Of a stretch of DNA of 64,000 bases, positions 39,386 to 50,932 are shown piece after piece. Positions within the stretch are counted from its first letter, which is position 1, and every line of letters starts with the position of its first letter. Under the pieces are notes generated by a model. That model searched no databases and had not been told where the DNA came from. It saw only the letters and a program-made list of their open reading frames with translations. Origin of the DNA: Lama glama (lineage: Eukaryota); NCBI GenBank assembly GCA_028534125.1, contig CM052816.1:10852001-10916000 (forward strand). Reading direction: 5' to 3'. The translations under genes and the position numbers were made by a program.

Positions 39386-40939
39386 TTACTGAGGTAAATG
39401 TATAATCTTATATTTACTTTGAAAATCAATTAAAATTGCTTATAACTTAAAAACTGTTCAAGTATTTACGGTCAAGGTAAAAAAAATTGGAAATACTGAA
39501 AAATTACAACACAGTAAGAAAATAATTTAATCATCCACATCCCCCACAATATTATTTTGTACTCACCCTGGCAGACTTTCTCCTATGAATATTTGTGTGT
39601 AGGTGTTTATAGGAGTTAACTATTATCTTTGGGGCTATTTCATTCTATATTCTAATCATCATCTTGGTGTTAATGGAAGTTTTAATAAGCATATGTTGCT
39701 TTACCAGTTTAAAAAGATAAATTTGAAAATGAAGATACTTGAACAAAATTACAATCATTTGACATATACTGTTTCATTACCTGATTCTTTTTTAAAAAAT
39801 TTTACAGTATACTAATATTTTTAACAAGACCACTTTGGCACAATTCCAGTAGCAGTACTTGGGCATAGCTTCTTTGGCCATAACCAGACTTTCTCCCCTG
39901 CCGCACTATTTTGATGGAAAATACACTCCAACACACTATTTCGTATATCAAAACTTACCAAAGAAAACCTTATCCAAGAAAATGGATGCTGACTTTGGGC
40001 CGTGAACCGGAACCCAAGGAGAAGTCCACAGGGTTATGTAGATGCAAGGAGTAATTTTAACTCCCACTGGGAAGCCCAAGAATCCCCTGTTTGTTTAATG
40101 ATCCACAAAGTCATGGCCAATCTAGCTGGAAGGCCCTCTGTAGCAATGACGAAGGATCCACATGCCACCTCCCCCCACTGACTGCAGGACCCCCTGCCGG
40201 TGAATCACAGCACTTCAGCCTGGAAGTGGCCTCCCAAATCCTTTTCAGCACAACTTCCTGGCAACTACCACCGGTTCACCATTGTCACTTGCTGTGAAAC
40301 CTATTTCCATTCTTGCTGATATCCTTGTCCTAATGGCAGACATTCTGCTATAACTGACCTCATCATCAGGAAGAAGGCCAAACGCTGAGTGGGCAGAACT
40401 AGAGAGCTGGTACAAGCAGGGTCAGTGACTTCGTAGTATTAGCCCCAGACATTTCTGAGATGAACAATAGAACTTCCAGTGGGCTCTGAAAAATAAATTG
40501 CATTTCCCTCTCATTTCAGTCCCTGTGATTGATGCTGAAAGGCCAGTGCTAGTAACCTGGTCAGTAAGATCTTGTCCCATCAGGGGACTGGGATTTAAGT
40601 CCTAAGTCTAAACTGAGCCATCATTTTATCGAAAGTCACCCTGCTATTTGAAATGTGCATCACCTAGTAACTGTCCTCAGCCCAGTGTCCTGGCATTGCA
40701 GAGACTCCAGCCTAGCATGGTAACCATGGGAGACCAGGGCTTGAACAAGGGGATCCTTCCTTTTCTTTAGCCTCAAAACCACATGCATATAATTGCCAAG
40801 TCAATTTCTACTATTCAGGTAAATGGAAACATTATATATGTGCTTGCTAGTCTGGAATCTTTGAAGGATGCTGAGATGGATTTTCAAAATGAAAAACTTG
40901 CTCTTAGCAGTGCCTATGGAACTAGAAATGGGGTTACCA

Positions 40940-42200
40940 GGCCACCATCTTGCGGAAATTAAATCAGCACAAATAGATGTGGAGCGGGGCAAATGTCATA
41001 CCTCCCAGGGTTTCCTTAAAAAATCGTGTTAACTACATTTGACTTCTATAACTGTTCTTGGCTTCCACTTTTTGTTTCTAGTCGAAAACATGCATTTCAT
41101 CCACATCTTAATAGGACAGAGAGAAAATGTCCAAGTGTATAGCTTTTTGAGTAACAGAGTGATTCAGCTGGGCATTTAAGAGAACGAGTTGTCATTTTGT
41201 GTTATCACAAAATGAGCTGTCACACTTATCTTTAAAGGTAAAAGTCCTCTCACTGAACTTGATGAATTGAACTTTAGTTGAACTTGATGAAATGATTTCT
41301 CTTGACCATGATTTCAAATGACGTTATCATCTTGAAGTTTGGTAGTTTAATATTATTGCCCTGTCTTCTCTCTATAGTCAACAAAACTTCTTTTGTTTTG
41401 AGCAGGGTATGTCTTCGAAGGTAAACTGCTCTACCAAGAGCATGTTGCAAATGCAAGAGTATCGTATCAGAGGTTTCCGTATCTTGAAATTGGAATGTGG
41501 GGTGATTCATGAGTTTTGGATCAATTATGAAATAGTCGTAGATGAAGATAGGCAAAGATGGATGGGGCAGTAAAATATTCTGGTTACACCTACTGGCTTA
41601 GCACTGATAAATGAGTCAGGAAACATGAAAGTTCAAAACAGGTATTAACTTGAGCTGCAATGACGTATGCTCTAATGGGAGGCAGACAATAGCTGGATAT
41701 AAACAACTGAATATACAGACCAACTGCCTGGCAGGGTTGAAATAAAGGTAAGGGCTTGGCAAGAGGACCAAGGAATTTTGGAATCCTGCCACGCCAATCA
41801 CCCTTTCTTTCTCTGACAAGGTTCTCAATGGAGACATAGCACAAATAATGATAACACTTGGAAAACAAAGGAGGCATTTTTATAGCTGGGACCAAGCCTG
41901 ATATCCCATAGTGCAGAGTTCTCATAACACTGTCTTGGATCATGTGGCTTCGACTGGAGCTTGACTCCTACTTTGATTTGACCTGAGTGAATCTTAAAGA
42001 AAGTGAAGACATTTTCGCAGAATCCAGGCAAAAAGACAGTGTGAATGTCATCCCTGGGAGATTTGAGTTTTGTTTTTCTTGGAGTGACATTTTCTTGGAA
42101 ACTGAGCCAGAGGTTAACCTTGGAAAAAGCTACTTAAGTCTTCCTTCTGATACCCAAACTCACCGAAAGGGAAGGGCCATCTTTTAGTTGTCAATATCCT
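40940..42200 (-). mobile_element. Decayed Gypsy/Metaviridae-type LTR retrotransposon pol fragment (RT, RNase H, integrase N-terminus), possibly MamGyp-like internal sequence
   Basis: Minus-strand motifs in collinear order across frameshifts: GY*QLK/MA, K*LFPRLTSG, DDIHTVF...GVKL, SRSHMIQDSV...H, GDWRGRIPKFLGPLAKPL, PPIRAY...VLSQ, DPKLMNHPT...LGRAVYLRRH, FEIMVK, then HD...*HL...DLISARWWPG. Confidence 0.7.
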
Positions 42201-44507
42201 GGCCCTGGAACCCACCTAGGACTTCAGCATCTGTGTTAACACTGCTGCTGAGAAGAAGCATGTAAACAGCCCTTAAGCAGAATATTAGCCCTCAAGACTC
42301 AAGCCTGGTACTGTTAACCCCTCAGGCCTGGTCTCACCATCCCCCTCTCTTTGCTCCCTGCTACTTTTCTGCTCTGGAGGTGTTTGACTCATTCTTTAGC
42401 CCCTGACAGAAGCCTGAAAGTGAAAAGAAACAGCCATTGTCTGCTTTTGGTTCTACCCAAAGTCAGGAAGCTTCGTGAAGAACCCCATTGCTAGCTACTC
42501 ACTGAAAAGCCAGAAGCGGTAACTAGTGTTCGAAGTGTATCGTAGCACTTGAGTGCTTTTCAACCAGGGCATTCTGAGGCCACTGCAAACATTAAACAGA
42601 CTTCTTCTCTCCCCTGTACACGAGAGTGCTTTGCTAAGATGGGCAAGCTATAACAAAGGAAAGTGGCTGATAATTCACTTGAGTGGCTGGCTTCCCAGCC
42701 TGGATGAGCTTCCCTGCTTCTCACTGGGCATTTGTTCTAGAAAAGGGCCTTTTCTAAGCTTATGTCGGGGGCTGAGGAGCCTGGCTGCTTATTTTGTGTA
42801 TCCTTAAAGGAGTATTCACCTGGAGGGGCCTTCTTGAGTGAATGGGCGAGATTTCCAGTTGAGGTTATCAATAAGAAATGGGTGGCCTTTTCTGAAGGAA
42901 GACTCTAGAGACCAGACATCAGAAACTGGTCACCCACAAACCACTTTCAGCACATAGACAAGATTATACGTTTTTTTTTTTAATGTTGTGGCACTGAAAA
43001 AAAGCAATTGGTTGACAATATATGAAACTGAAGAGGTCATGCATAATACTCTGGATTCCAGCTTCTTTTAAAAAAAAAAAACAGAATAGTTCATGGTCAC
43101 GGTTGACTTAAGCCGAGTAGCCACTTGTCCCTTAAGAGGGGACACAAGCTTCCTGCTTCACCTGGTTTCCCTCAGTCCGTGTTACCTCGTGGCCCGTTAG
43201 GGTTTGAATCTGCTCCCACTGGGGTCAGTCATCTAAGACGCCAAAGCAGAAATCATGAATGATCCTTTTAAATGTGCCGAGTTGAAAGCGACTACAGTTT
43301 ATGCCTTTTTCTTTTCCTTCAGCACAAAGAATGACCATTAGAAGCGTTCTCATGTAAGGAAAAAGACAGAAGCAAAGTAGAGAATTTCACACTACTGAAC
43401 TCAATAAGTCAGGCAGACAAAGAGAATCTCGAAATGATGATATTAAAGTAAGATTTGAGATTTGAATTATTCAGGGGTAATTGCCTTAGTTTTCCACCTC
43501 ACCGTTTCCCCTTTGCCTTCTTCACATGGACATAATCTTCAGAATGTTCCTCTGTCAAAGGCCACAGTCATAATTCCCCTGCCTCCTTTTTTTTTTTTTT
43601 TTTAACTCATTTGCACTCTTGGTAGCAATTGTTGGAGCCCTGCAGGGGAATAATTGCAGAGGAATTAACCTCTGACATTTTTCTAAAAATAGCCCTAATA
43701 AATCCAATCATAGGTAATTTACCTGTCCGTGTTCCTCTGAGGGTAACCGGCACTGAAGAAAGACTTGGCAGGCTGGCATTCCTTCAGCAATTATCTGTGA
43801 TCCAAGTTCCTGGCGCCTCTGTATTTTCTCTGCTTAGAAATACGGAGGACAGATTTCCCTCTCCCCTCTGACCTCATGACCCTGTTTTCTCATCACTTCT
43901 CTCCTGGGGTTGCAGTGAGGTCCTGCTTTTCCAGCAGGGAGTGTTAAGGCTCACCAGAAAAGAGGGAGCATTTTGGGGTCCTTCCTTGAACTTCCATCTC
44001 CTGGAGTTTCCCTGATGATCCCTCTGTATTCCGTTTTTGGGCTCTGAGCTTCAAGCATCTCAGCCCTGATTTATCACGGCCTTCTGCCCTCGTTTGAATA
44101 TCACGGTTGAAACCTGTTTGGGGAAGTTTCTCAGTGGAGAGAAAAAGGACATGCAGGAAGGCCGCAGGCGGGTCAAGAGTCTGGGGTTGGTCGAAATTAT
44201 CAAAGAAAATTGCCAGTTCCCTGAGCCATAAAGAAATTCATTTTCTCTTGCCCAAAACAAAAGGCTCTCAAGGTGCTTTTTTGCTTTTGTTCTCTCCGTT
44301 GGTTCCAAGAGCCCACAGGGCCGTGTGGGCATCTAGAAATTTATTTTCCTTCTAGTGGCACTTAAAATACAGAACAGAAAATCCTTGTAAATTCCACTGC
44401 AGAGACAAAGCCCTAAGCCCTTAAATGCACCGAAAAGTACGTCTATTATCTGTCGTTTGAAAGTAAGTGTGCAGTTACTTAAATTGCCTTTGTCTTCTTC
44501 TTTTCAG

Positions 44508-44605
44508 CTGACATTATCTCTACGGTAGAATTCAACCACACGGGAGAATTACTAGCGACAGGGGACAAGGGGGGTCGGGTTGTAATATTTCAACGAGAGC
44601 AGGAG
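44508..44605 (+). CDS. PPP2R2B: PPP2R2B internal coding exon (98 nt, phase 1 to 0), WD40 repeat start
   Basis: Acceptor tgtcttcttcttttcag|CT and donor GAG|gtaagt. Translates (A)[32 protein letters not shown], recognisable as the B55 N-terminus. FNHTG and QREQE fit the beta paralogue. Confidence 0.97.
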
Positions 44606-47493
44606 GTAAGTGGCAGTGAATGCAAAATGCCCATTTTCTTCTCTTTTTAAAGGAAGCCTCCTACTGTTCCTTAATCCTCATGTGTCGCCCTTAACCTTGC
44701 TGCTTGGCTTGCAAACTAAAAACTGCCAAAAAGTCATTAACATCAACAGTTTCACACTCAGGCTCACAAAACAGAGCCTTTTCTGGGCAAGGTCTTGGTT
44801 TTCCAAGCCGGGGTATTGCACATTCAAAATGACCTCACTTCTCATCCGACCTGCAAAATTCCAGGGGTGCTTGGGGAGCATAATGCCCCCTTTGAGCGAG
44901 CTTTATCCTCCAGCTGTTGAAATTCAGGGGCTTCTGACAGAATCTAGGATCAAAAATATAGCCTTTCCGCTAACAGATGTGAAAAGGATAACTTGGGTCC
45001 GAAGAGAAGAAAATGGTGGCTCCCCCTACCAAAGGGAGTGCAGTCCCACAAAACAACATCTGAGCAAGGCATCTGGCCCCCACTTGACTACAGGTGACAC
45101 GAAGTTCCCTGCAGCTGAATGCTCTATGTATTATTCTGAGCAGGAGTTCTAATTCCACTGAATTTCAAAAAGCCCGTTTCTTCCTGATACTTGGGTTCCA
45201 CTGGGAACTGTTTCTCTTTTTTATATCAATTGAGATTTTTTGGTGACTGCTTCTGTTTTGTCAGACTGGAATTATGGCCCAGTTTGATTTCCTTGGCCTT
45301 CCTTGGCATGGTCCCGGAGCTTCCAGTAGGCCAGTCTGTGTTCTTGTCACTCTCCCATCTGCTGCCGCCTGCCTTGGAGATTCACCCGGCCCAGCATAGC
45401 AGGAAGCCCAGGGCAGGAGGAGGGTTTCACCAGAGACTTCCCTGGCAATTTAAAGCCTGCTTTGTGCCTCAAAGCCATTTGTGTTACACCTCCCCTCAAA
45501 AAAGGAAAGCCTCATTTAGAGGTGATATATTTGATAATTGCACATTATTTGCAATTAATTTCTATAAGGGCATTGTAATCCCTCGAGGTTCTGTGTAAAT
45601 TCAAGTGTTCAGCATTAAATCAGGCACCCAGCCTATTCCGTTGGCCCTGGAAACACGAAAATGTGGTTGGCAAGTAGGAACTAATAGCTCTTCGTGACCT
45701 GGAATTTTTCCTGCTTTTCCAGAGCTGCCTGGTGCTAATTGGTCTGGCACATCCTGCACACACTTGACAGTCTGATTTGGATGGTACCAAATCAACAATC
45801 TGAAAAATTTATTGTTAAGGTGGACTCGCTCTCTCTGCAGTAAACAGGATGGGAGCAAGTATGGCAGTCTTTAGAGTCCTTTAAAAATTGATTTTCAAAC
45901 CTTCTTCTTCAATTTAAAAAAAAAATCCAATTAGGTTCAGAATGATGATAAAGAGAAACCAAAGGAGCTATTTAGCATAAATTACCCAAGACAGCATGTC
46001 GCCAGCAATATTCCGCTCCACGTTTCCCATTAGCTATTTATAGGTTTCACCTATTTTAATTTACTGAAATATTTGGGAAGCCTGATTCATTAGTAGAATG
46101 AAGGGGGACACATTTTCCAAAGGAGGGTGGTTTTGTTCAATCATGAATAAATGTTGAGGACAATAACATGCAGTTAAATGTTGAGCTTTATGGCGAGGCT
46201 GGAGATTGAACTGAACACTGAGCTTGAACCACATGACCACATCTAAGTCAGACCTCCTTTCGACTTCCATGGGTGACCTCTGTGAGCGCATCCTCAAGAG
46301 GCATAGTCCTGGAGAATTTGCTCAAGGAACCTCAGTGCCCTCACAAGTACCTTTAAACCCTGGGCATCAGCACCGTCACCCATTAGGTTAGTAAGTTGAG
46401 ACCTTAGTTTGAATGTTCAGTATCCACCTGGAAATATAAATTTTTTAATTGAGCCTTTTCCTAAGAGTTAAGGTTTTACAACAAATGTCTGATAAGACTC
46501 AAATTTGAATTTTTGAACATTTTTCCAAAGCCTGATATTTTAATACCTGAAATGAAAACCTCCCCTCCCTCTTTCCCCTCCTTCCGTTTGTCTCTTTCAA
46601 CACCGTCTTTTCCTCCCATCCACCTTTCTTCTTCCTCTTGCCCCTCTGTGTACACCCTTCCTTTATGTTTCATTCTCTCATCATTTATTTAGTTCCTGCT
46701 GTGTGCGCTTTGCATAATCGGAGCTGGGAGAGCGCCAGCCAGAATGTCTCATTGTTCTCCCAGTGACTCACATGTCACCTCTGTGCTCATGTCTGTTTTG
46801 TTACTCATGTTGGGGGAAGGAAGATGGGGGGGTAGAGGGCGAGATCTGCTATCCAGGTTTGCTGCTTAGAAGCTGTGTGACCTTAAAGAAGTAATTTTAA
46901 TATCTCTGAGCCCCTTTTGTCCATTTCCCTTTCCTGTCCACCACTCAGAGAAGTTGTGAGGATTTGATGAGATCTGAAAAGGCTAAAGAAAGGTCAGATG
47001 CTATAGCTTTGTGTTCTTGGTGGGGAATTGATACATGTCTGTGTGGGCATCTGCATGGGATGGGTTACTCCTAAGGGTGTCCAAGATGTCCATTAGGACA
47101 CAGAAAGAAAATATTAGAACTTCTATTTATATTGATTTTAAAATCATGTCCTATTTCAACTTCTGTTTCTTACACATGTATTATGATGTACACCATCCCT
47201 TTGTGCTGCAGTTTATGTATATAATTTATAAATAAAAATATATAAATATTGGACGTGCCACTATTGGCCACCAGTGGTGCATGCCAAATGCCTTGGGGAC
47301 ACTGAGCTAAGGAGGATTTCCATGGGTTGAAAAAAAAAGAAAAGAAAAGAAACAGCATTAAACTGCCCATCCCACCCCTCATGACTCTGCTCAAAAAAAA
47401 AAAAAAAAAAAGAAGGAACTGGTGAGTTTGCAGCTGGCTTGTGTGATTTAATCTTTTGTGTGTTTTTTTGTGTATTTCTTTTCCTTCCTACAG

Positions 47494-47659
47494 AGTAAAA
47501 ACCAGGTTCATCGTAGGGGTGAATACAATGTTTACAGCACATTCCAGAGCCATGAACCTGAGTTCGATTACCTGAAGAGTTTAGAAATAGAAGAAAAAAT
47601 CAATAAAATAAGATGGCTTCCTCAGCAGAATGCAGCCTACTTCCTCCTGTCTACTAATG
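47494..47659 (+). CDS. PPP2R2B: PPP2R2B internal coding exon (166 nt, phase 0 to 1)
   Basis: Acceptor tttcttttccttcctacag| and donor G|gtatgt. Translates [55 protein letters not shown], in frame with the previous exon. Confidence 0.98.
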
Positions 47660-50600
47660 GTATGTGCAGGTGACTTGTCTTGTTTGGTATTTGCAGAGAC
47701 AGACTCCCTATATTTCAATCTCTCTTAGACTCCATTTTCCTTTTCACCTTGCAGGCTGTTGAAAACTTAGAAATAATATTTGCAAGATGCCTAGCAGAAT
47801 GCCTGGCACAGAATAGGCCCTCAGTAAATAGCAGTTATTCTTTTTTTAAAAAAAAGAATAACAAATTTATGACTGAATTATGTGAGACTTGTTATCTGCA
47901 GTATTTGACTAATACAGATTATTTCCAGGTGTTTTTGGAATGTGACTTCCTGTCTTAAGATTCCCTGAATGTTATTCTGGGAACACATTTCAGGAAACTC
48001 AACATGCCGTCCTTGTGTGTTTGGCACACTCAATAGAAGTTATTAATCCCTGAATATACTGGTGGGGGGGTGGAAAGCAGATGTCTGTGTCTCTGTAACA
48101 CAGTCAGCTTTCTCCTAGGAACATAGGTCAAAAAGAGAGAGGACCCTATCAAAGACCTGATCAAGTAATGGTTTCTCTTTCTCCCCTCATGCTCTTCATA
48201 CACCATGTGTTAGTTTAAGGGGAGTTGATGTAAATAGGTCAGAGAGAGAGGATGTTAGGGATTGAATAGGGAGCCAGATTCCGTATTAATTCTGTAAGCC
48301 TTTATACAGTGGAATTAGCAACCCTAAGGGTTCTGAATACCCTTACTGAAAGAAGCCGTCTATACTCAAAACAATTCAGAATAAAATTATATATGAAAGG
48401 GTGCTAATTGAATAGCCTAACAACTAAGACGATTAGTATATACAAATTAAACACCCTCTCCCAAGCAAATATGCGGGGGACTGATTCATTTCACCCTGGG
48501 TGTGAGTCTTTGAGAAGTATCCATTTGAATATAAATCAAGAAACAAGGGATTTGCTTTTTGCCTGTCCCCAGTATACATCAAGAAACGGGAATGTTCATG
48601 TGTCAAGTTGAAAAAAAATGCAGGCTATGTGTATACTCTGATCAAACATATATTAACATTTTTTAAAGACAAAGGAAACACACTGAAAGGTTTCTCATGA
48701 TTAATTTTGATTGTGCATTATGGGTGACTTGTACATTTGTCCCTTTTATTGTCTTTATTTTCTCAGTTTTTACACTGAGTTTTATTTAAATCTTATGAAG
48801 AAAGAGAGGAAAGTTTTTAATGCATATGAACCAAAAAAAAAAAAGTCCCTCAAGTGTAAAAAGCCAGGGTATAAACTACAAAATGACAGTTCTGAAAAGC
48901 CAGCGTAGGGTTATTTGAGCAAAATTTATCTCAACATGACCAGATCTCCACTCATCTGTTTTTCTAGATTCCAAGTAACTTAATTCTTTCTCATAACTGT
49001 ATTTATTATTTTGTTTACTGTTTTTTTTTTTACCTTGATTTCCCGTCCATATGAATTTGTTTCAGTTTCTTCCCCTTTAGTTTTGCTGTTCAAGTTTCAC
49101 TCAAAGAGTCTACGGATTCAACACTCCTTAGAATGGAAGAAACTTCTGATGATTTTGACTTAATTACTTCAGGCAGAGAAAAAGCATCAGATTATCTTCT
49201 ATAGTTAGCTTACTTCATATTGTGAAATTTAGCCTATTGATTGTTACAATAAAATTCAAAGACATATTAGCTACTTTGTGGGGGGGATGGGAAAGAAATC
49301 AGTGAAATGCAATGAAGATTAATTATATAGCATAATGTTCTGTTAATTGAGTTTTTAAATAGTTTTTTGATTAACAGGGATATTATCTTCCCATTTGGGA
49401 TGCTCTTTCATATGCCAACAGCATCTCAAAATGATTCTTACAAGAAAAATTCCCATGCTCATATGTGGTTTTCTTTTTTATACTAATATTGAGGTTGAGA
49501 ATTCCCCTTAAGCCAAATAGGTTAACATGCAAAAATTAATGGAAGACAATGGGAATTACTGTATAAAAGAGAAAATGAAGATAGATGGTAAGATTGTGTT
49601 TAAAAGCTGCCACATGTAATGATAAACTACTCAGAGAGCCAGCCAGAAGAAAGGAGGAGTCATTACTCATAGTAACAGCCACATGGTCCTTAGACTTTTT
49701 TATCCACAAAGCTTCGAGACATTGAGTCAAGAAAAATTGTGTAATAATAAAGTCAAGAATGACTCCAGGCATCCCAACCATGGGGAATTGAATTGAATTC
49801 ACCATCAATTATCTTTTTTTATATTGTGCTTATCTCATTACAGTTGGGTACAGTTTTTACCTTCTGCTAGAACACATTTCCAGCTTTACAATTTTGAATG
49901 AAAAATAAAACCAACGTTCAATTGTGAATCTAGACCTTGAAATAATTTGCCAGATGAAGACATATTGCTTTAGCTAGATGTCTCCTTCTGTCTTAATACC
50001 CTTGATGAAAGGAGACAATATACTTAATTTGTTTTTCAGGTTATGAAAGTAATACGTGTTCCTTGCAAAAAAAATTAGAAAATACATAGAAGCAAAATGA
50101 AGATAAGAAAAATATTCCTCTCCAAGGAGACCCCCTGTTAATGTCCTTTAAAGAAAAAACCAAAGAGGCATGAATTAATCAGTTTCTTAACAAAAATAAG
50201 ACAAATTCCAAAAGCTGTTTTGCAACCACATTTTTGATTTAATAATAACACTTAAAAAGAGGAATATCTTCCTAATGGTTAAATATTTCTTCTAAAGTAC
50301 CATAACGTTTTTGATGGCTGCATAGTAGTCCCTTGTGTGATTTTTTTTTCCCCCTATAATTAATTGATAAATCTCCTATTATTAGACCTTAATTATTAAC
50401 TAATTCTCACTATTACAAATTACATATTTGTGGAAATAGGTGTTGGTATAGATAGATAAATGATTAGGGGGAAAAAGCATATTATAAACTATGTATAGCA
50501 TGTAATATCTATTAAAAGCAGTTATATAATTCCACACACAAATATAATAGAAGAAGATACACTAAATTTTCATGACAGTTATCTTTGTCTAGTAAAACTG

Positions 50601-50892
50601 AGGGAGATTTTGATTTTTTTACTTTTATGTTCTTTTTCATTTTTTTTCAATTATTTGTACTACCTGTGTATTGAAAAAGAGAAAATAAAATGAGAAATAA
50701 AATGCAATATTATTATAGGTTTATACCCCTCTTCAAAAAACGCATAGAAAAAATACTACAAGGATCTGTGCAAAATGTTAACTGTGATTGTCCTTAACTG
50801 GAAGGATTTTAGGTTTTTATTCTTTGTGTTTTACCTGTAATATCCCTTATTTGTCCATATAGTAATTTATCATTCATAATAAAAAAACATAG

Positions 50893-50932
50893 TATAATAT
50901 AATATAATATAATATAATATAATATAATATAA
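50893..50932. repeat. (TATAA)8 pentanucleotide repeat
   Basis: Direct read. Confidence 0.93.

Larger units (their letters stand above)
1..44507 (+). other. PPP2R2B: 3' portion of a very long PPP2R2B intron; the upstream coding exon and promoters lie outside the window
   Basis: No B55 N-terminal coding exon is seen upstream of 44508. The sequence is repeat-rich and non-coding. Confidence 0.85.

Noticed and set aside
41274..42031. Endogenous RNA virus reading of the same peptides: DYFIID...H like bornavirus M; VGVK and CLPL like bornavirus L; SRC...DYF...DTE...KT...PNFK like the rhabdovirus L methyltransferase
   Set aside because: These matches are short, mutually exclusive and need inconsistent spacing. 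The Gypsy reading explains more motifs in order with near-exact spacing and includes a downstream integrase motif. A tblastn against Mononegavirales proteins would still be a cheap control.
42162..42173. Minus-strand FPFG as the RT MPFG motif
   Set aside because: Spacing to GY*Q and DD fits the downstream RLTSG better, so this is likely coincidence.
44610..45152. 180-aa ORF immediately after the 98-nt exon
   Set aside because: Intronic, GTG start and no recognisable homology. The exon's reading frame is also interrupted by the donor context. Treated as a chance ORF.
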